In this document: piece by piece, positions 38,918-47,903 of the stretch
How positions within the stretch are numbered: position 1 is the stretch's first letter
Layout: the number at the start of each line of letters is the position of its first letter
Origin: Reclinomonas americana ATCC 50394
Lineage: Eukaryota
NCBI GenBank assembly: GCA_048213135.1
Contig: PS015010.1
Location: forward strand, 1,860,001-1,924,000
Direction of reading: 5' to 3'
Length of the DNA: 64,000 nucleotides
Position numbers and translations under genes: made by a program
Notes under the pieces: generated by a model
Databases searched by the model: none
What the model was told of the DNA's origin: nothing
What the model saw: only the letters and a program-made list of their open reading frames with translations

Positions 38918-40639
38918 ATGCATTCCGTACCAAACATTTCCAGCCGCAAAACCTCTTTGCTCGTCTTTTTAGCTTTCGCCGTGCTTTTCACATTCATTCA
39001 GCAATCATGCAGGAAAACCGATCTTAGTCAAACTTCTTTGGCGAAAGAGGAAGCGTTTTTCCGTACCTCGTCAAAAGACCCAAATGTATTACGCCTCATA
39101 AAGGCCCTGAAAGCTGAGAACAAACGCACTGGTTTTGTCAGCAAACTGCCGGAGAATAGTGGTACGCCCATTTGGGACAAATACGTGATGCGAAGCAGGA
39201 AACCCGACAAATCCATCTTTTGGCGGGGCTTGAACGGTGAGCCGGATTCCGTGGCCGTTATTCCTTTCACAAGCAATAATGAGAACCTGTCGGCAATCAT
39301 TGTTTATGACTCGTCAACGGTTTCGCCAGCGCTGGATTGTTATACGACCAATGGCAACCTTTACGCCATTTGCCACAATGCAAACGTCAATATTGACAAA
39401 GCCGAACAAATGCTCGCCCTGTTCCTGCAAATGGAAAATAGGGTATTCGGCAGCACGGTGTTTTATCATATCCCCGCGAAGATTTTCAAAAACCCCGCTT
39501 TGCCCGATACGGCAACGTCAGAAAAAATGCTGGTGATAGACACCGTAAGCGTACAGGGCTTTGCGGCGGACGATTGTTTCATTATCAAGTACTGCAATCC
39601 GGGCAATGTCTGCACGCCGCCGACGTATTGTGACAACTGCGCCGTTTGCCCATGGGTGTATTACTGCGATAGCCCTCCACCACCCACCGGTGGTGGAGGA
39701 GGTGATCCAACGCCCCCTCCTACCAATCCACCACCCACTGGAGGCGGAGGTGGAGGAAACTGCAGCAACTGCCCGCCACCGCCACCTGAACCCTGTCCGT
39801 TTGGAGGAGCATGGTATAATTTAGTACCGACTTACGAACCCTGCGGGCCGACCAACCCGCCGACAGAGCCGCAAATACCGTACAACCCTAATATTGCTGC
39901 AAGTATTACCATTGATACTTCAATTTCGAATAATTACCCATGTTTAACACAATTACTCACAGAAATGCCCAATTGCAATGCGGAAACTCAAAAAATATTG
40001 TATAATGTGTTTGGTAGAAAGACCGCAATAAACTTACATTTTGAGATGGATAATAATTTAGTGGTAGATACCCTTACAGATGCATATGCAACAGATGGAA
40101 GTGGACATTTAGTGACTGTTCCCGGTGACACAGCTTACCATTACTCCGATACTATCAAAATAAATCCATTTATTCTTCAAAGAGCATCTAAAGAGTATCT
40201 TGTGGGCGTATTATATCACGAATCTTTTCATGCCTTCTTGAACTGGGAACTTTATCGAATGCTTAATGGAGAAACGGATTCAAATTACCTAAAGCATTAT
40301 TATCCCATTTTTTGGGCATCTTTATTCACAAATACTTATGAGTCATTTCATGAACAAATGGCAAGTAACTATACGACCTCAATGGCTAATCTAATAAAAT
40401 TGTACTATAACCCATCGGCCCCGGACAGCATTAAAAACCGTGTCTCAAATAGCATTGCGTGGGGAGGACTGGAGGGAACAACAGCTTGGCGACAACCTAT
40501 CAGAGATACATGCCGCATTAATTCCGATAATAAAGCCGCAAGAAATTATTCATCGCCACAAACATATTCAACGACAGGTTGCGGTTCAATTACAAAATCC
40601 GCTACCACTGACCTAAAACTTACATCACAATGTCATTAA
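38918..40639 (+). CDS. Lipoprotein with a Cys/Pro/Gly-rich linker and a C-terminal HEXXH zincin-like domain
   Basis: Lipobox QSC; PPPTGGGGG twice; HESFH followed by HEQM. Confidence 0.75.
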   Translation: MHSVPNISSRKTSLLVFLAFAVLFTFIQQSCRKTDLSQTSLAKEEAFFRTSSKDPNVLRLIKALKAENKRTGFVSKLPENSGTPIWDKYVMRSRKPDKSIFWRGLNGEPDSVAVIPFTSNNENLSAIIVYDSSTVSPALDCYTTNGNLYAICHNANVNIDKAEQMLALFLQMENRVFGSTVFYHIPAKIFKNPALPDTATSEKMLVIDTVSVQGFAADDCFIIKYCNPGNVCTPPTYCDNCAVCPWVYYCDSPPPPTGGGGGDPTPPPTNPPPTGGGGGGNCSNCPPPPPEPCPFGGAWYNLVPTYEPCGPTNPPTEPQIPYNPNIAASITIDTSISNNYPCLTQLLTEMPNCNAETQKILYNVFGRKTAINLHFEMDNNLVVDTLTDAYATDGSGHLVTVPGDTAYHYSDTIKINPFILQRASKEYLVGVLYHESFHAFLNWELYRMLNGETDSNYLKHYYPIFWASLFTNTYESFHEQMASNYTTSMANLIKLYYNPSAPDSIKNRVSNSIAWGGLEGTTAWRQPIRDTCRINSDNKAARNYSSPQTYSTTGCGSITKSATTDLKLTSQCH

Positions 40640-41145
40640 GAGGAAACAAGACAAGTCTAATTTTAATCATTACTTTATTTGCAAATATTGCAAATGCTCA
40701 AAATGATGCTGTTGTAAACAAAGAAATAAACGAATATTCAACACAAGTGAGCAAAAATTTTTGGCCGCCACAAGAAGAACTAGAGAAAATTAGAAGTGAA
40801 ATGTATTTTGTATTGTTCCAAGTACGAGATTCTGTTGTAAGAATAATCGAGGTCTATGCGTCGAAAGACACTGTACTCAAAAAACACCTGGTGAGCTACC
40901 TTTCAAGCCAGATTGGGGTAAAAAAGTTCAAGTCTGTCAAAAATCATGATTATGTTTTGCCTATCGTAATAAAAAACGTAGCAATAAGGCCAGGCCTCCC
41001 TATTTATAATTCAGACTATGATTATTTACTGTGGAAGAATGGGAAGCCGAAGAAGTTTAACAGATTAGATAATATTACAACCTTGCCAATTTTTATTATT
41101 AGGAACAGTAAACCATTTTCTAGAAAAGAAAGCTTGGCGCCATAA
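40630..41145 (+). CDS. Hypothetical secreted protein
   Basis: Signal peptide; overlaps the upstream stop codon. Confidence 0.65.
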   Translation: MSLRGNKTSLILIITLFANIANAQNDAVVNKEINEYSTQVSKNFWPPQEELEKIRSEMYFVLFQVRDSVVRIIEVYASKDTVLKKHLVSYLSSQIGVKKFKSVKNHDYVLPIVIKNVAIRPGLPIYNSDYDYLLWKNGKPKKFNRLDNITTLPIFIIRNSKPFSRKESLAP

Positions 41146-41166
41146 ACGAAAAAAAAGCCTATAACT

Positions 41167-41628
41167 ATGAAACGTCTTTTTGCTCTGATTTGTTGTTTGA
41201 TACCGTTCATTCTGAGTGCGCAAGGCGGAAAATATTCCACAGCGATCGCTGAGCTAAAAAGAACAGTAGAAAGAAAAATAGATGCTCCTGAAGACCTGCT
41301 GTCCAAGCGTCAAAGTGCCGTTGTACTGGTCTCAATTTCGTTATCCAAGTCCGGTATTTTTAAGTCTGCAGCAGTGGGTTATAACGAACAATCCGACACG
41401 TATAGAATTATGGACAAGGCGATTAAGTCCGTAAGAGCTGCAACATGGAAAAAATTCAAAGGGGTTGAAAATATCCTCATCCCGGTTTTTCTGGCATTTG
41501 ATGACGAAACCAATTTTTGCTTTGACTGGAATCAATTTAATCCTCAAAAGATGGATCAAAGTTATTTCCAGGGCTTGTATTTAAAACCGTTAGTAATTCT
41601 TATTGGTAATCCTAGAAAAGTGCAATAA
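41167..41628 (+). CDS. Hypothetical secreted protein, weakly TonB-C-like
   Basis: Signal peptide; V.VSISLSKSG...W......IPV pattern. Confidence 0.6.
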   Translation: MKRLFALICCLIPFILSAQGGKYSTAIAELKRTVERKIDAPEDLLSKRQSAVVLVSISLSKSGIFKSAAVGYNEQSDTYRIMDKAIKSVRAATWKKFKGVENILIPVFLAFDDETNFCFDWNQFNPQKMDQSYFQGLYLKPLVILIGNPRKVQ

Positions 41629-41724
41629 AAACAGGTGTAGTCTTTCTTTTTTTACGCCATTATTGCTATTTGCACCAACCACGTTTCTTAAATAAGAAGG
41701 ATATCTCAAGTAAAATTTAAAAAA

Positions 41725-42736
41725 ATGCAAGAAAAGAGTTTTCAGAAATTAGTTTCAATTGCACTGATTGTTGTAACTCTTTTTTCCTGCAATGACAAAA
41801 AGCCAACAATCGCACCAGAGCAGAAAATTGTTCACAAGCCCTGGAAAGAACAAAAGCAGGAATACATCTGGACAACATCTACCCCCGATTCTGAATTGAT
41901 AAAAGGAACGGAATCATATAAAGATGGAATGGTTTTTAATGTATCGAAGCCAACTATTACCATTTACCAACCAGCAAAAAACAATACAGGCGCTGCCATA
42001 CTTGTATTCCCAGGTGGCGGTTATAATAAAGTTGCCATTGAATTGGAAGGCTCTGAAATTTGCGAATGGTTAGCAGCAAATGGCATTACAGGAATCCTGC
42101 TTAAATACCGCGTGCCCGGGTCGGGACACCATTATGACGCAGCTTGTCATTGTGGTAAAGACCCCATAAAACCATTGGCATTGCAGGATGCCCAAAGAAC
42201 AATGAGCCTGGTTCGCTTCAACGCAAAGCAATGGAACATAGACCCCGGCAAAATTGGTGTTATGGGATTTTCCGCGGGCGGACACCTGGTTGCGGATGTA
42301 AGCACCAACTACAGAACAAAAGCGTATCAGCTAACTGATGATATAGATACAATAAGCAGTAAGCCCAACTTTGGGATTGTGTTTTTTCCCGGGCATATGC
42401 TGGTGCATACAAACGGACCATATAGCCTTAACAGAAACTTACCGGTAGACAGCAGCACACCCCCTACATTTATCCTGCAGGCAGGTAATGACCCAATTGA
42501 TACCATCCAGAATTCGCTGGTATATTATATAGCACTGAAAAAAAAATCATGTACATGCTGAGTATCACATTTACGCAGAAGGTGGGCATGCATATGGTTT
42601 AGACAGAACAGCGCTCAACAACCCAAACTGGAACAAACTGCCTATTGCAGATTGGGAAGCTTTGGTCTTACGATGGTTACAGACAATTGGAATAATTCCG
42701 GGAAAAGATGAAAAACCAAAACAAACCAGCCACTGA
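41725..42736 (+). pseudogene. Alpha/beta-hydrolase esterase lipoprotein frameshifted in an A9 run
   Basis: PGGGY, GFSAGGHL and the catalytic Asp lie in 41725-42561; the His segment (HIYAEGGHAYG...RWL) continues in another frame after A9 at 42538-42546, ending at TGA 42736. Confidence 0.8.
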
Positions 42737-42858
42737 TAATGGGGAATGCTGAGCCAGCCCTCATTGACGCAGAAAACCCCCACATTTGACGTTTTTACAC
42801 CCTAATTACTATATTGCGACACAGTACTTTTGAATCGTAACAAAAAAACTTAAAAATC

Positions 42859-43296
42859 ATGGCACTCATCAACCCGCACATTAACTTCAACGGCAATGCC
42901 GAAGAAGCATTCACATTTTACAAATCCGTATTTGGTGGAGAGTTTGCAAGAATTGTACGACTCAAAGACATGGCAAACGCTGAATTCCCGGTATCTAAAG
43001 AGGATGAAGACAAGATCATGCATATTGCATTGCCTATCGGTGGTAATGTGCTGATGGGAAATGACGTTCCTTCATTTATGGGAACAGTAAATGAGAAAGA
43101 AAACAGGAGCAAAATCTCCATAAGCGCTGCCAGCAAAGAAGAAGCGGATCATCTGTTTAATGGTCTTTCTGCCGGCGGAGAAATAGAATACCCTATTTCC
43201 GACAGCCCCTGGGGTTCCTACTTCGGTATGTTCCGGGATAAATATGGTATTGAATGGATGGTTGACTTTGACGCGAGATATAACGGGAAAGTATAG
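42859..43296 (+). CDS. VOC/PhnB-like protein
   Basis: FNGNAEEAFTFYKSVFGG, IMHIAL, WGSYFGMFRDKYGIEWM. Confidence 0.9.
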   Translation: MALINPHINFNGNAEEAFTFYKSVFGGEFARIVRLKDMANAEFPVSKEDEDKIMHIALPIGGNVLMGNDVPSFMGTVNEKENRSKISISAASKEEADHLFNGLSAGGEIEYPISDSPWGSYFGMFRDKYGIEWMVDFDARYNGKV

Positions 43297-43305
43297 TCAA
43301 ATAAT

Positions 43306-43348
43306 AACAGGGCGGGTCTTCTGTAAAAGATCCGCCCTGTTCCTTTTT
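43306..43348 (+). terminator. Terminator between convergent genes
   Basis: AACAGGGCGGGTCTT-CTGTAA-AAGATCCGCCCTGTT followed by a T-rich tail. Confidence 0.75.
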
Positions 43349-43366
43349 ACTTTTGAATTTTAATTT

Positions 43367-43861
43367 TTACTTCTCCCTCAAATCCTTCTCCAGCTGACCA
43401 AACATCCCCCGGAATCCCTGTTCCATGTTGTCTTTCAAAGCATAGAAGGTATTCGTTTCCGATTCATTCGCATTAACAGGTTTGCTTTCCAGTACCAGCG
43501 TGGTAATACCGTCCTTTTCTGTGAGGGTGATCTTTATCAGCATCTCTTTGGGAAGATCGAGACCTTCAAAGGGTGGCTTAATGATATTGCCCTGCTCATC
43601 TGCAAAGGAGTTAACCCAGGTCATGCTGTTTGGCGGATCAATCTCGTGGTAATGCTTAATACCATAGGTGACCTGCGCCCCGTTCATGCGGTAATGAAAG
43701 TGTCCGCCGGGCCTGAAGTCGAGGCTGATGACATCGATCGGTGCTTCCACCGGTCCCCACCAGCGGCCCAGCGCTTCAGCTGTTGAAAAAGCGTCAAACA
43801 CCAGTTGCTTCGGTGCCTGGAATGTGGTTGTCATCGAGAAAAGATTACTTACTGTTTCCAT
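43367..43861 (-). CDS. SRPBCC (Aha1-like) domain protein
   Basis: APKQLVFDAFS..WWGP..DFRPGG; start moved to ATG 43861. Confidence 0.85.
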   Translation of the reverse strand: METVSNLFSMTTTFQAPKQLVFDAFSTAEALGRWWGPVEAPIDVISLDFRPGGHFHYRMNGAQVTYGIKHYHEIDPPNSMTWVNSFADEQGNIIKPPFEGLDLPKEMLIKITLTEKDGITTLVLESKPVNANESETNTFYALKDNMEQGFRGMFGQLEKDLREK

Positions 43862-43874
43862 TGTATGATCATTT

Positions 43875-44198
43875 TTATTTTTTTGATTTTTTCTGAACAT
43901 CGGCCAGGTATTTATCCAGGCTGCTGAACTGCTGTTCCCAGTACTTGCGGTACTGACTTACCCAGTTGTTCACTTCTTTCAGCGAACCGAGTTTCGCTTC
44001 GCAATACCGCTCCCTGCCCTGCTGCTTGATGGTCACCAGCCCGCACTCGGTCAGTATCTTAATGTGTTTGGAAATAGCCGGGCGGCTGATGCCGAAGTTC
44101 TCCGCCACGGCATTCAGGTTCAGCGGCTGTTGCACCAGCAGGCCAATAATGTCCCTCCTTGTGGGGTCGGCAATGGCCTGGAATACGTCTCGTCTCAT
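43875..44198 (-). CDS. ArsR/SmtB family transcriptional repressor
   Basis: DVFQAIADPTRR.I..ISRPAISKHIKIL..GLV..GRER. Confidence 0.92.
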   Translation of the reverse strand: MRRDVFQAIADPTRRDIIGLLVQQPLNLNAVAENFGISRPAISKHIKILTECGLVTIKQQGRERYCEAKLGSLKEVNNWVSQYRKYWEQQFSSLDKYLADVQKKSKK

Positions 44199-44217
44199 GT
44201 TATTGTTCTTTTATTAC

Positions 44218-44264
44218 GTAACCAATCGGTTACAAATATATGCGTAACTATTCGGTTACGCAAA
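44218..44264 (-). promoter_or_regulatory. ArsR operon promoter overlapped by two palindromic operators
   Basis: GTAACC-AATC-GGTTAC (44218-44233) and TGCGTAAC-TATTCG-GTTACGCA (44241-44262) flank -7 TATATTTG (44233-44240); -33 TTTG lies 20 nt upstream. Confidence 0.8.
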
Positions 44265-44433
44265 CTTTTATGAAAAAAAATTAATTACCAATTACGAATT
44301 ACGAATGGTGCTGATGCAGGAATTCAATTAGATAGCAGTATTCATTAGTATTGTTAATATGAATAACTTTTATCCTTCAGAGCCCCCATAATTAGTAATT
44401 AGCAATTGATACCTCGTATTTGAAAACCCGCAA

Positions 44434-44472
44434 TAAAAAAAAAAGTCCCGGGCACTCACGCACCCGGGACAT
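44434..44472 (-). terminator. Terminator at the end of the PUL operon
   Basis: GTCCCGGG...CCCGGGAC stem with a long T-run on the minus strand. Confidence 0.8.
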
Positions 44473-44495
44473 GTGTTGATTCACTCAAAAAACTA

Positions 44496-45383
44496 CTACC
44501 TTATTACCTTTATTTCTTTCAGGAAGTCGATGATGGCTTTGTTCACTTCGGAGTTTTTCTCTTTTGGGAACTTGCCATGCAAACCGCCTTCTACGGTCAT
44601 GAACTGTACTTTCACTCCCGCTTCCTGGTATTTTTTATGCAAGACTATCGACTGCTGGTAAGGCACTGTAGGATCAGCGTCGCCATGAACGATGAAGGTG
44701 GGCGGACTATTCTTATCTACATAGTAAATGGGAGAAACAGATTGGGCGAATTTTTCATCCTTGGATTTATCGCCCAACCATTGCGTGGCAGAACGGCTGG
44801 TTTTATTCGGACCATAAGCCCAGTCCCACACATCAGTAATACCATATTTATCGATGATGGCCGCTACTTTAATTTTTTCCTTCGTCGGACAATTGCCATC
44901 AAAACGGTGATCGTTGGCCAGCAAGCCTCCCATCAGGGCCAGGTGTCCGCCTGCGCTGCCGCCCATGATCACGATTCTGTCCAGGTCAATGTTGAGGCTC
45001 TTCGCGTTTTTAACGATGTAGATGAGTGCACAGCGGATATCTTCCACCGCTGCAGGCGCCGTAGCTTGTCCGCTCAGGCGGTATTCCACGTTGGCCACAG
45101 CAAAACCATTTTTGAAGAAAGAACTGAAACCGGTCTGTGATTCTTTCACGCCTTTATTCCAGCCACCACCATGTATATTGATCACAATGGGTGTTGGTGC
45201 ACCGCTGCTGGTATGATAGATGTCCATGCGGCCATCCCAGCCATTCACTTTGGTATAAACAACATTCAATTGAGCATTGTAGCCTGCGGGATACTCTACG
45301 GGTTTGTATACCGTATCCTGTGTATCCTGGGCGTAAGTGCTGAGTGATAAAAAGAGGCCTGCGGCCAGCAACAGTTTTTTCAT
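44496..45383 (-). CDS. Secreted alpha/beta-hydrolase esterase (BD-FAE/HSL-like)
   Basis: HGGGW, GGSAGGHL, HGDADPTVPY, GGLHG. Confidence 0.88.
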   Translation of the reverse strand: MKKLLLAAGLFLSLSTYAQDTQDTVYKPVEYPAGYNAQLNVVYTKVNGWDGRMDIYHTSSGAPTPIVINIHGGGWNKGVKESQTGFSSFFKNGFAVANVEYRLSGQATAPAAVEDIRCALIYIVKNAKSLNIDLDRIVIMGGSAGGHLALMGGLLANDHRFDGNCPTKEKIKVAAIIDKYGITDVWDWAYGPNKTSRSATQWLGDKSKDEKFAQSVSPIYYVDKNSPPTFIVHGDADPTVPYQQSIVLHKKYQEAGVKVQFMTVEGGLHGKFPKEKNSEVNKAIIDFLKEIKVIR

Positions 45384-45411
45384 TTTCTTATACTTATTAT
45401 TTGTTAATGTT

Positions 45412-46326
45412 CTATTTAGCGATAACGTATCGTTTTAAAAATTCGCTGATCTTTCCTTTTATCTCTTCCTGTTTTTCTTTTTCATAACCTCCATGTCCGC
45501 CTCCTGGTATGGTTACAAACTCATGCGGCACACCTGCTGCGGTCAGTTTCGCGTCGAGTTCTACCGACTGCTGGTATGGCACCCTGGGGTCTGCATCACC
45601 ATGGGCCAGGAAAACCGGCGGGTTGTTTTTGGCGATGTAGGTAACAGGCGACAACTCCTGTGCAAAACGGGCATCCTCTTTTCTTGATCCCAGCCATTCA
45701 AATACTGCGCCATCTTTCAGTACAGTCAGTTGCCCGTTTGCAGCAGACTGGAACAAAATTGAAGGTGCCGACTGGGCAATAATAGCCGCCACTTTATAAC
45801 CACGTTTGGTAACCGGACAACCGTTATCAAATTTTGGATTGTTGTTATCCATCAGTCCGGCCATCAATGCCAGGTGAGCGCCCGCCGAACTGCCACCGAA
45901 TACGATCCTTTGCGGATCTATGTTCAGTGAATCGGCATGCTCCAGCAGGTACATCATCATACAGCGAACGTCTTCAATTGCGGCAGGTGCATTACCCTGG
46001 GAACTTAAACGGTATTCCACATTGGCTACGGCAAAGCCCAGCCTGAAATACAAAGCAAAACCACCCTGCGCTTCCTTGTTACCATGCCGCCAGGCGCCTC
46101 CGTGCATATTGATGAGCACGGGTGCAGGAGTAGATCCGCGGGGTGGCAGGTAGAGGTCTGCCCTGCCCTGCCAGTTGCCCACCGTTTTATATACTACATC
46201 CATCTGCCGGGTATAGCCACCGGGTGTAGCCACTTCTTTACGGGCAACTGTTTCCTGTGCATGGGCTGTTACCCCCAGGCAAAGCATGAAGAAAAATGCA
46301 ACTATTTTTACGCCAGTGTACCGCAT
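45412..46326 (-). CDS. Secreted alpha/beta-hydrolase esterase (tandem paralog)
   Basis: HGGAW, GSSAGAHL, HGDADPRVPY, GGGHG. Confidence 0.88.
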   Translation of the reverse strand: MRYTGVKIVAFFFMLCLGVTAHAQETVARKEVATPGGYTRQMDVVYKTVGNWQGRADLYLPPRGSTPAPVLINMHGGAWRHGNKEAQGGFALYFRLGFAVANVEYRLSSQGNAPAAIEDVRCMMMYLLEHADSLNIDPQRIVFGGSSAGAHLALMAGLMDNNNPKFDNGCPVTKRGYKVAAIIAQSAPSILFQSAANGQLTVLKDGAVFEWLGSRKEDARFAQELSPVTYIAKNNPPVFLAHGDADPRVPYQQSVELDAKLTAAGVPHEFVTIPGGGHGGYEKEKQEEIKGKISEFLKRYVIAK

Positions 46327-47885
46327 CAGTAACTCGGGTTTTGTGGTATCACCAGTTGCGTATTTACATCAATCTCGTGCTGCGGTATTGGCAGCAGCAT
46401 ACGGGGCCTGGTGGTTTGTGCATACAATTCAGCCAGTGTAGGCGCCGGTGCAACGTATAATTTATAATGCTTGTCGTATTCCTTTGTGAAATGATCCTTC
46501 ATCGCCTGTTCCGAGGTAATGGTCGTCATGGTAACATTGAAACGCAACAGGTCGAACCAGCGCTGGTTCTCAAATGCGAATTCAATACGCCTTTCTTTCG
46601 ACAGAGCCTGTTCAAACTGCGCCACGGTGGTAATATCGCTGGTGGTATAGTTGGCGAGGCCTGCCCTTGGGCGAACACTGTTGATGTAGTTAATGCTTGA
46701 AGGTGAGAAGCCCTGTGCTTCGGCCATCATCAGCAGGATATCGGCAAAACGCAATACAGGCCAGTCGTTCTCCGCATCATCAACCAGTGTTACCTGTGAA
46801 AAGAATTTACGTACATATAATTTTTCCGCGGTGCCGGTGCCATAGCGGGCTATGAGCGTGGCTTTACGGGTATCGCCATTGGTCAGTGTATCGAGCTCAG
46901 CTGTTGGGTAATTCAATCCGTCGCCATCGCCATTGATTACGGCAGAGCCGGAACCCAGTGGTGCGAAGGTGTTGGCAAAGTTGCTGCCCAGTCCCAAACC
47001 ACCTGCTTTATAACGCACCGCGAAGATGATCTCGGAATTCATTTCATTGGAAATGGAGAATACGTTGGCATATGTACCCTGCAATGAATAACCGGAGTTG
47101 GTGATCACGTCCTGCAACAAAGGAATGGCTTCGGCTTTCCTGTTGAGCGTGAGGTACATTTTTGCCAGCAGTCCTTTGGCAGCCCATACGGTTGCCCTGC
47201 CCAGATCTTTACCACCGTTCGCTGCTGCGAGCTGCGCATAGGTCATGCTGGTCATGGAAGCGGCAGCAGCCTTAAGATCGGCCTCAATGAATTTATAAAT
47301 ATCAGCCACATCCACGCGGTTCATTGTTTTGGATTCCGCGGGTGTGATGGGTGTATGCACCAGGAATACGCCACCATACAAACGTACGAGGTTGAAATAA
47401 TGATAAGCCCTAATAAATAAGGCTTCACCGGCCAGTTGTTTTTTATCCGTGTCGGTGATGGACATACTGATCGGGTTGAAGGTAATCGTTCCTGCGGCGG
47501 GATCATATACCACACCCAGGCTGCGGAGCACCAGGTTCACGTTGCGGATATTGTTGTAGGTATTCAGCCAGTACTGGTACACCGCCTGGTGTGAAGTGCT
47601 GGGTGTATACATATCCAAGTCGCTCAGGTCGCGGTTGGTAGAGGCTGTACTGCCGGGCGCTCCCTGCTTGGAGTTATCGCTGCGCAGTTCGGTCATCTGC
47701 CACTCCAGGTTGAGCGGTCGTTGCAAACCGTTGTAGGCACCGGTCAACGCAATGCTGACCTCTTCCTTCGTGGAGTAATAAGTACCGGTATTGATGTTGG
47801 ATTCCGGGTAAAGATCGATGTTCTTTTTGCAACCAAAAGCACCGATCAGAAGGCAGATTACTGTGAGTTGTTGTATGCGTTTCAT
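46326..47885 (-). CDS. SusD/RagB family lipoprotein
   Basis: GEALFIRAYHYFNLVRLYG; LRFADILLM.AEA; ERRIEFAFENQRWFDL; QNPSY. Confidence 0.95.
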   Translation of the reverse strand: MKRIQQLTVICLLIGAFGCKKNIDLYPESNINTGTYYSTKEEVSIALTGAYNGLQRPLNLEWQMTELRSDNSKQGAPGSTASTNRDLSDLDMYTPSTSHQAVYQYWLNTYNNIRNVNLVLRSLGVVYDPAAGTITFNPISMSITDTDKKQLAGEALFIRAYHYFNLVRLYGGVFLVHTPITPAESKTMNRVDVADIYKFIEADLKAAAASMTSMTYAQLAAANGGKDLGRATVWAAKGLLAKMYLTLNRKAEAIPLLQDVITNSGYSLQGTYANVFSISNEMNSEIIFAVRYKAGGLGLGSNFANTFAPLGSGSAVINGDGDGLNYPTAELDTLTNGDTRKATLIARYGTGTAEKLYVRKFFSQVTLVDDAENDWPVLRFADILLMMAEAQGFSPSSINYINSVRPRAGLANYTTSDITTVAQFEQALSKERRIEFAFENQRWFDLLRFNVTMTTITSEQAMKDHFTKEYDKHYKLYVAPAPTLAELYAQTTRPRMLLPIPQHEIDVNTQLVIPQNPSY

Positions 47886-47903
47886 ATAGATGTGCTTTTC
47901 AGA

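Noticed and set aside
33600-42740. Prophage or ICE
   Set aside because: No integrase, relaxase, transposase, structural genes, tRNA or flanking direct repeats seen
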